A DNA stretch of 64,000 bases from an uncultured Burkholderiales bacterium (GTDB taxonomy: Bacteria > Actinomycetota > Acidimicrobiia > IMCC26256 > JAGPDB01): assembly GCA_964516875.1 (NCBI GenBank), contig CAZFAO010000004.1, forward strand, positions 24,161 to 88,160, read 5' to 3'. Positions 58,691 to 64,000 of this stretch are shown piece by piece (position 1 is the first letter of the stretch; every line of letters starts with the position of its first letter). A model generated the notes under the pieces. It was given only the letters and a program-made list of their open reading frames with translations, ran no database searches and was not told the DNA's origin. The position numbers and the translations under genes are program-made.

Positions 58691-58768
58691 GCGGGTCTGA
58701 TCCGCGCACAAAACGGACAGGGCGATTTGTCCGAAAATGAAGGACTGTCTGAAAAGTGACGGACCTCC
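58691..58768. repeat. 78-nt repeat element, copy A: GCGGGTCTGATCCGCGCACAAAACGGACA...GACGGACCTCC
   Basis: The first 29 nt are the exact reverse complement of 25455-25483. The last 11 nt equal 19480-19490. It contains the internal hairpin CGGACA-GGGCGATT-TGTCCG. It lies in the divergent thrS / hydrolase spacer. Confidence 0.85.
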
Positions 58769-58847
58769 AGCAAGCGAGTATCCCCCACTTTAGTTACCCA
58801 TTAGTTCTATGGTATCGGGACTTGATGGTTCGTGATTCGGGGGAAGC

Positions 58848-59900
58848 ATGACTGCAAAAGTGATCGATACTGCACTACTCCGAACATCGACGTCACCACT
58901 CGCCGCTGATACCGACATGTCGGAAAGTTCGCGCACAAGCAGACTGTACAGATTTAAACAACTCGTTAAACCCCACGAATGGGATGAAGTCCCCATTCCC
59001 AATGGACTCGAACATCTCATCTTAGGGATACCCGGATTTTTGTGCACGAAAAAAGCATTGGCAACGGCAAAAGAAAAACTCACCGATGAAAGCACTTTAT
59101 ACGTTGATTACGGCAATGCATTTAATTTTGGATTCACAAAACCCCTCACCGCATATCTCCATGATTACGCGGATTACTTAGCGCAAAAGTTTGGTGACAA
59201 GATTCACCTCCACGGAAACTCACTTGGTGGATTCCTTGCCCACATGATTGCGCAGAAAAATCCCGACATCGTAAAGAGAATGTATTTAACAGCATCACCT
59301 CATCAACTGACAATGAACCCTCGCGATCTTCACGAATACACCAATATCGCTGTATTTCTCAGCATTATGAAACGTCGTCCGTTCAAAAATGCATACGACC
59401 ATGAGATGATGGACTTGTGGGAAGCGTATATCAATGGCGCCACCACTGCAGAAATTGCCGAACTCGATAAAATTCTCGGAGCAATCGATATTGTTTCTTT
59501 TGTTGGAACTCATGATACGACCGTCAATGGTCCATCGTGTTTATATGAACTATCTGAACATCGTCGCAGCGTCGCCGTCGACAGCGATCATGAAGGCGTC
59601 GTTCGTGCATCACTATCGGCCATGGAATATTTAACGGGAAAAGATATCCACTCCCCCTTCCCCGACCATATTGAAGAAAGCCATGCTCGCATTGAAGATG
59701 TTCAACCGTTGGTGAAAAAATCGGCACTGCGCGTAGCAGGTGGTTTCGTTACGAGCTCAATTCCCGATGATCTTTTCTCTGATATTTTTCGAGGCGTATC
59801 GAATGTTCCCAGCACGCTGCTTCAACGAACACGCAACACATCGACCGCGCTTGGCTTAGAGAGAGAGCCCGCCTTAGCCTTTCCTCACTGCGATGCATAA
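58848..59900 (+). CDS. Alpha/beta-hydrolase (lipase/esterase-like), paralogue 1
   Basis: 350 aa with the nucleophile elbow HGNSLGG and candidate Asp (GTHDTTV) and His (DSDHEG). GGGGGA SD before the ATG. Colinear similarity to the next gene. Confidence 0.7.
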   Translation: MTAKVIDTALLRTSTSPLAADTDMSESSRTSRLYRFKQLVKPHEWDEVPIPNGLEHLILGIPGFLCTKKALATAKEKLTDESTLYVDYGNAFNFGFTKPLTAYLHDYADYLAQKFGDKIHLHGNSLGGFLAHMIAQKNPDIVKRMYLTASPHQLTMNPRDLHEYTNIAVFLSIMKRRPFKNAYDHEMMDLWEAYINGATTAEIAELDKILGAIDIVSFVGTHDTTVNGPSCLYELSEHRRSVAVDSDHEGVVRASLSAMEYLTGKDIHSPFPDHIEESHARIEDVQPLVKKSALRVAGGFVTSSIPDDLFSDIFRGVSNVPSTLLQRTRNTSTALGLEREPALAFPHCDA

Positions 59901-59978
59901 GGCTACAATCGAGCATCCCCTCCATTGGGGTCAAATGGTCGTACTGTACATTCACCGTATTTATTTTTTGGGGGAAAA

Positions 59979-61109
59979 ATGAGCACAGGTGTTGAAGAAC
60001 GAGTTCATAAAAGTTCGCCACTCACGCAAGCAGTTGCGGAAGCAATTGGAATCTCACGAATGATTCGGCTCGGCGGAATCGATCTCATGCGTCTCCATCG
60101 ATATTTTCAAAGTCCCAAGAAAAAAGATCTTGCCATTCCTGATGATGCTGAAGTCATCGCGATTTTAATTCCGGGTTTTTCTGGACCGGGGACAACCATG
60201 GATTGGTTGGCACAACGACTCACACGTGACAAAGTTTACGCAATGACATGGGGCGACCATACAAACTTTGGACCGTTCCCGCATATTGTCGATCACCTGT
60301 ATGAACTCATCAAAGATGTTTCGGAACACACTAACAAAAAAGTTGTTCTTATCGGGCACTCTTTGGGAGGAGTCTATGCATTGCACGCAAACAGATTGTT
60401 TCCCGAATATGTTGAAGGCGCTATCACTCTTGGTTCGCCCTGCGAAACAACATTAGAAGGACTTGCAGAAGCTACGGTGCTCGGCAAAGCGGCACAACTA
60501 TTAGCAAATGAATATGTGCACGTGATTTTGCACAAGGAAATGATTCTCAACTGGGGCCCCGAAAGCTCAAAAGATAATCCACAAGGGTGGCGCTTTGCTG
60601 TTGCCGCATCGCTCGACAATATCGTTGACGCGTTTTCGACATTGTTAGAAGATGACGAGAGAACGCGCAGCGTCATTGTCAAAAGTGACCACTGCGGTTT
60701 GCCCACGAACGGACTCATTGCGCGCATGGTCGACACGGTCATACGCACGGGCGATGTTCATGTTGATTTCAGCGATTCGATCAACAAGCGATTGCTGACG
60801 CGTGACGATCTCCATAAGGTCAATGGTCTCCCGCAATATGTGAAAGTTCTCAATCACATGACACGAGGACATCGCCATCGCATGAAAATTCTTCACGGTG
60901 TTGTCGATAATGCTCGCGATGCGGGTCAAGAATTACTCATCAACGCTCCGAAAAATGCACTCGATTTACTGACGCGTCCGCTGCTCGATCCTCAAGGCGC
61001 TACGAACAATGCTCGTGTTATTTTGCCCGAGGGTGTTGTTCATTTAGACGATGCTCGCCAACTGCTCCGACAACCTGTAATACCCATGCCAGCTGTGGCA
61101 CACAGATAG
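59979..61109 (+). CDS. Alpha/beta-hydrolase (lipase/esterase-like), paralogue 2
   Basis: The ATG at 59979 is preceded by GGGGGA. It has GHSLGG, SLDNIV and KSDHCG. There is a C-terminal extension of about 100 aa. The track start TTG 59925 is probably too long. Confidence 0.7.
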   Translation: MSTGVEERVHKSSPLTQAVAEAIGISRMIRLGGIDLMRLHRYFQSPKKKDLAIPDDAEVIAILIPGFSGPGTTMDWLAQRLTRDKVYAMTWGDHTNFGPFPHIVDHLYELIKDVSEHTNKKVVLIGHSLGGVYALHANRLFPEYVEGAITLGSPCETTLEGLAEATVLGKAAQLLANEYVHVILHKEMILNWGPESSKDNPQGWRFAVAASLDNIVDAFSTLLEDDERTRSVIVKSDHCGLPTNGLIARMVDTVIRTGDVHVDFSDSINKRLLTRDDLHKVNGLPQYVKVLNHMTRGHRHRMKILHGVVDNARDAGQELLINAPKNALDLLTRPLLDPQGATNNARVILPEGVVHLDDARQLLRQPVIPMPAVAHR

Positions 61110-61115
61110 CGACAG

Positions 61116-62306
61116 TTACAGTCCAAGTAATTGTTTCGCCGCTCGAATATCCGCGCGATGTAAGTTTGCACTGGGTGAATCGGCAGAAAAAACAGCAACG
61201 GCTTCATCGATAATCGCAAGCGCCGTGGGCGTGTCAAGATCATTACTCAACGCGTCGGTCACCATTTGATAAACAAGACCCTCTTGCGGTTCACCGTCAA
61301 AATCGGCCATGACTTTTGTCCAGCGCTCACAACGATTCAGCGATGCTCGCGCATCATCTTGATGATGTTCAAAACCATCGCGGTAATGGTGCGCCAAAAT
61401 CATCATGCGCGTGCACCGAGCACCGATATCGCCAATAACATCGTGTGCATAGACAAGATTGCCGAGCGACTTGCTCATTTTCGTTCCTTCGTACGCCACA
61501 GGAGCTACGTGCATGAAGTGACGCACGTATGGTTCATGCGAAAGCGCTTCGCTTTGCGCTACTTCGCATGCGTGGTGAGGAAATATGAGATCATCTCCCC
61601 CGCCGTGAATGTCCATTGTCGGACCAAGAAGTTTCATCGCCATAACAGAACACTCAATGTGCCATCCGGGACGACCGTTTCCAAAGGGTGTTTCGTACGA
61701 TGGTTCATCAGGCGCTGACGGTTTCCACAACACAAAATCTAAACGGTTTCGCATGCGCGGATCATCAGGATTAGCTCCACGCTCGGCGCTGAGATTTTCC
61801 ACCTCGTCATTCGTTAATCTTTTCACAACAGTAAATTCTGGAAATTTCTTGCGCGTTGACGTATCAAAATACGTCCACCCATCGACAGTGTACGCATGTC
61901 CATCGGTAATGAGTTTTTCAATCGCGCTGATCATGTCGTCAACGTAATCACTCGAAAAAGGTTCGTGCGTGGGTTCTAAACAATTGAGATCTTTCAAATC
62001 GCGATTGAGTGTGTGCACATTGCGATCGACGAGTTCTTTGAGATTTTCACCGGTAGCGCGCGCACGTTCGAACAAAGGATCGTCAAGATCCGTGACGTTG
62101 CGCACGAGAGTGACATCAACTCCTCGAGACAGCAACAGCCGCCGCAAAACATCGAAGTACATAAAAGTGGCAACATGTCCGAGGTGGCTCGCATCATACG
62201 GCGTTACGCCGCAGGTATAAATTGAGGCTTTTTCGCCAAATTCCACGTCATGATATTCCTCGTCTGTTGCGTCGTACAGACGGAGAATTACGGGGCTAAA
62301 GGCCAT
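61116..62306 (-). CDS. mshC: Cysteine--1-D-myo-inosityl 2-amino-2-deoxy-alpha-D-glucopyranoside ligase (mycothiol ligase)
   Basis: 396 aa, CysRS-like, with CGVTPYDASHLGH, RNVTDLDDPLFERA (typical of MshC rather than CysS) and KMSKS. It lacks the CysRS anticodon-binding extension. Confidence 0.87.
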   Translation of the reverse strand: MAFSPVILRLYDATDEEYHDVEFGEKASIYTCGVTPYDASHLGHVATFMYFDVLRRLLLSRGVDVTLVRNVTDLDDPLFERARATGENLKELVDRNVHTLNRDLKDLNCLEPTHEPFSSDYVDDMISAIEKLITDGHAYTVDGWTYFDTSTRKKFPEFTVVKRLTNDEVENLSAERGANPDDPRMRNRLDFVLWKPSAPDEPSYETPFGNGRPGWHIECSVMAMKLLGPTMDIHGGGDDLIFPHHACEVAQSEALSHEPYVRHFMHVAPVAYEGTKMSKSLGNLVYAHDVIGDIGARCTRMMILAHHYRDGFEHHQDDARASLNRCERWTKVMADFDGEPQEGLVYQMVTDALSNDLDTPTALAIIDEAVAVFSADSPSANLHRADIRAAKQLLGL

Positions 62307-62404
62307 CTATCGAGCTTATTAAGCTGCTTACTGGATTTAGCAATTCTGTTCGACAACATTGTTACTGGGGCGTATTCTTTTTTGTGGACGTGGTGGGAGG
62401 ACTC

Positions 62405-62674
62405 ATGGTTGATATAAACGAATTTCATACCGACTCACTTATTTATACGGGTAACACATCCGCTCACGATGAGCTCGATCTCGCTTTCCTCGAAGCAATC
62501 GATAATAGCGAAAGTATGTTTTCGCTCAACGAGAAATTTTTTGATTCTCTGAATCCATTGGAGCCAAAGCCAGCATTTGTTCCATCGCTGCATTCATCAC
62601 TATTTGAAGAACCACTTCACCATGCCGTATGGACATCCGCGTGGCCGCAACCCCAGCGACACTTTCCCGCGTAA
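62405..62674 (+). CDS. Possible small acidic protein (doubtful)
   Basis: 89-aa ORF from an ATG preceded by GGGAGG with a 4-nt spacer. No recognisable motif. It ends against the convergent HTH gene. Confidence 0.3.
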   Translation: MVDINEFHTDSLIYTGNTSAHDELDLAFLEAIDNSESMFSLNEKFFDSLNPLEPKPAFVPSLHSSLFEEPLHHAVWTSAWPQPQRHFPA

Positions 62675-62676
62675 TT

Positions 62677-62904
62677 TTACTTGGCGTCAGCGTTACTTTT
62701 TCTCGCGGAACGTTCCGACGGTTGTTCACGAATCCACTCAACTAATTCGTCACGAAGAAAACGCCATCCACGACCACCGGGAATTTTGTGTGCGGGCACT
62801 CGACCATCGCGCACCATCTGTCGAAGATACTCAGGATGAACACTTAAAAACTCTGCGGCCTGCACTGCTGTCATAATTGGAGGAAAGTCACTCAGCTCTG
62901 CCAT
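62677..62904 (-). CDS. Excisionase-family (MerR-like) helix-turn-helix DNA-binding protein
   Basis: 75 aa. MTAVQAAEFLSVHPEYLRQMVRDGRVPAHKIPGGRGWRFLRDELVEWI matches the excisionase-type HTH pattern. An alternative start is at 62874. Confidence 0.75.
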   Translation of the reverse strand: MAELSDFPPIMTAVQAAEFLSVHPEYLRQMVRDGRVPAHKIPGGRGWRFLRDELVEWIREQPSERSARKSNADAK

Positions 62905-63122
62905 AAAGATCAGTGTAATACAACACGGGACAAGATGCCACCAGTTGGTGTGAGGATGAATTTATTCCGCGTTTGCTCATAGATCCCCCATTGTCCGTGA
63001 GTAAAACAACTAAAGGCGAGAGTGAAATCCACTCTTCGTGGAGCAAACTTGACATCACGACGCAAAGGGAACTAAAAATTTCGCACGACACCAAGGATGG
63101 TTTCGTTTCCGGGGGGAATAAT

Positions 63123-63806
63123 ATGCAATGGATTGCACGCACATCTCGTGCTCACATCATCATCGCATTAACAGCTGCGTTCGCGTTCCTTTCGACCTTT
63201 GCCTATCTTCAATCGCTTGATGAAAAAATTGCTGTCGCACAATTATCTCGAGACATCACGGCAGGTACGTCCATAACGAGCAAAGACATTACTTACGTCA
63301 ACGTTTCTGATGATGACACGATTGAGAAAAATATTATTTCTCATGACGACCTCGACGACCACAAACTTGTTGCACGTGTTGATCTATCCAAATCCGATCT
63401 TTTAACGCGTTCCAACACCATCCGACGTTCAACGCAAGCTGGTTTGCAGTCGCTGTCTCTTGGCATCGACGCAGATCGAGCCAACGGTGGCGACATCAAG
63501 AAAAATGATCTCGTCGATATCTGGCAAACAGGAGAAGAGTCACGCATTATTGCGCGTTCGGTTCCTGTGCGCGATGTGATTCTTCCCAATAAGCGTCTTG
63601 GGGTCTCGACGTCCAAAAGCATCACACTCGTCCTTGCTATTTCTCCTCAGCAAACGCAAGACATCTCGTCGATCGTAGGATCGCAAGACATCATGATTGT
63701 CCTGTCGACAGGAACGACATCAGACGATATCGCTCAGATCGATGAGCAATCACCACAACACTTCGAGCAACTCGATACTGAATCCAGCGAAGGCGCAGGT
63801 GACTGA
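63123..63806 (+). CDS. cpaB: SAF-domain Flp pilus assembly protein (CpaB/RcpC-like)
   Basis: The ATG at 63123 is preceded by GGGGGGAA. It has an N-terminal TM segment (IIIALTAAFAFLSTFAYL) followed by a VAQLSRDITAGTSITSKDI SAF-like segment. The track start at 62973 is an upstream extension. Confidence 0.7.
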   Translation: MQWIARTSRAHIIIALTAAFAFLSTFAYLQSLDEKIAVAQLSRDITAGTSITSKDITYVNVSDDDTIEKNIISHDDLDDHKLVARVDLSKSDLLTRSNTIRRSTQAGLQSLSLGIDADRANGGDIKKNDLVDIWQTGEESRIIARSVPVRDVILPNKRLGVSTSKSITLVLAISPQQTQDISSIVGSQDIMIVLSTGTTSDDIAQIDEQSPQHFEQLDTESSEGAGD

Positions 63807-63808
63807 AA

Positions 63809-64000
63809 GTGGAAAGCGTATTCGACATCGCTCTGGTTTTTTCACCGCACGAATGGGTCGAAGCGCTGCATCGCCACTGCACCAATACGGGTGACTTGCG
63901 AATACGATCGCTGATCTACGATCCTTCGGTCCTTCAGGCTGAAACTTTTGATGCTTGTGTCATTTCCGATTCACATCCTGCCCTGAGCGCGGGATTGGTA
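63809..64000 (+). CDS. Partial ORF running off the window, possibly the CpaE/TadZ-like ATPase that follows cpaB in Tad-type loci
   Basis: Not in the ORF track. GTG at 63809, 3 nt after the cpaB stop, with AGGTGA upstream. Open for 64 codons (VESVFDIALVFSPHEWVEALHRHC...). The function is inferred from position only. Confidence 0.3.
   Translation, partial: MESVFDIALVFSPHEWVEALHRHCTNTGDLRIRSLIYDPSVLQAETFDACVISDSHPALSAGLV

Noticed and set aside
58641-58847. T-box or other known leader upstream of thrS
   Set aside because: I could not find the T-box consensus (AATTAGGGTGGTACCGCG-like) or a specifier/antiterminator arrangement. The conspicuous sequence there is the dispersed repeat, which also occurs in non-leader contexts and in both orientations.
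62677-62904. Excisionase gene as a sign of a prophage or integrative element
   Set aside because: No integrase, att-like direct repeats, tRNA target or phage genes are nearby. Small excisionase-type HTH proteins are also common stand-alone regulators in Actinobacteria.
62905-63122. 6C-type sRNA, which lies near the Tad-like/ssd locus in mycobacteria and streptomycetes
   Set aside because: There is a single CCCCC run (62986-62990) but not the two C-rich loops on stable stems that define 6C. A cmsearch would be needed to settle this.

Overview
This 64-kb window looks like core chromosome from an actinobacterium. The evidence is mycothiol ligase mshC, the phosphatidylinositol/PIM genes pgsA-patA-pimA, mIHF, a DUF222-HNH protein, and a Mycobacterium/Corynebacterium-like gene order: priA-metK-coaBC-rpoZ-gmk-mihF, a pyr operon, clpS-nusB-efp, a shikimate operon, mltG-ruvX-alaS, rarA, aspS, hisS-relA-secFD-yajC-ruvBAC, yebC-pdxTS, htpX, the PIM genes, thrS and mshC. 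GC looks moderate by eye; I did not compute it. Packing is very tight. About 60 of roughly 67 genes are on the minus strand, and many are joined by 1-4 nt stop/start overlaps. The ORF track uses the longest ATG/GTG/TTG extension, so I shortened several starts where conserved N-termini, SD sequences or neighbour overlaps argued for it. I saw no rRNA, tRNA, CRISPR array, transposase or integrase. The non-core material is: (1) three translationally coupled prepilin-like genes plus a convergent orphan gene between hisS and aspS; (2) a DUF222/HNH gene between rarA and aspS; (3) two tandem paralogous alpha/beta-hydrolases between thrS and mshC; (4) several orphan ORFs; (5) the start of a Tad-like pilus locus at the right edge; (6) short GC-rich repeats built around GGTCNGACC, mostly in the few intergenic spacers and often directly after stop codons. 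I did not find a convincing new multi-gene defence-type system. The pilin-like operon and the repeat families are the items I consider most worth follow-up. All functional calls come from motif recognition by eye, and no database search was run.
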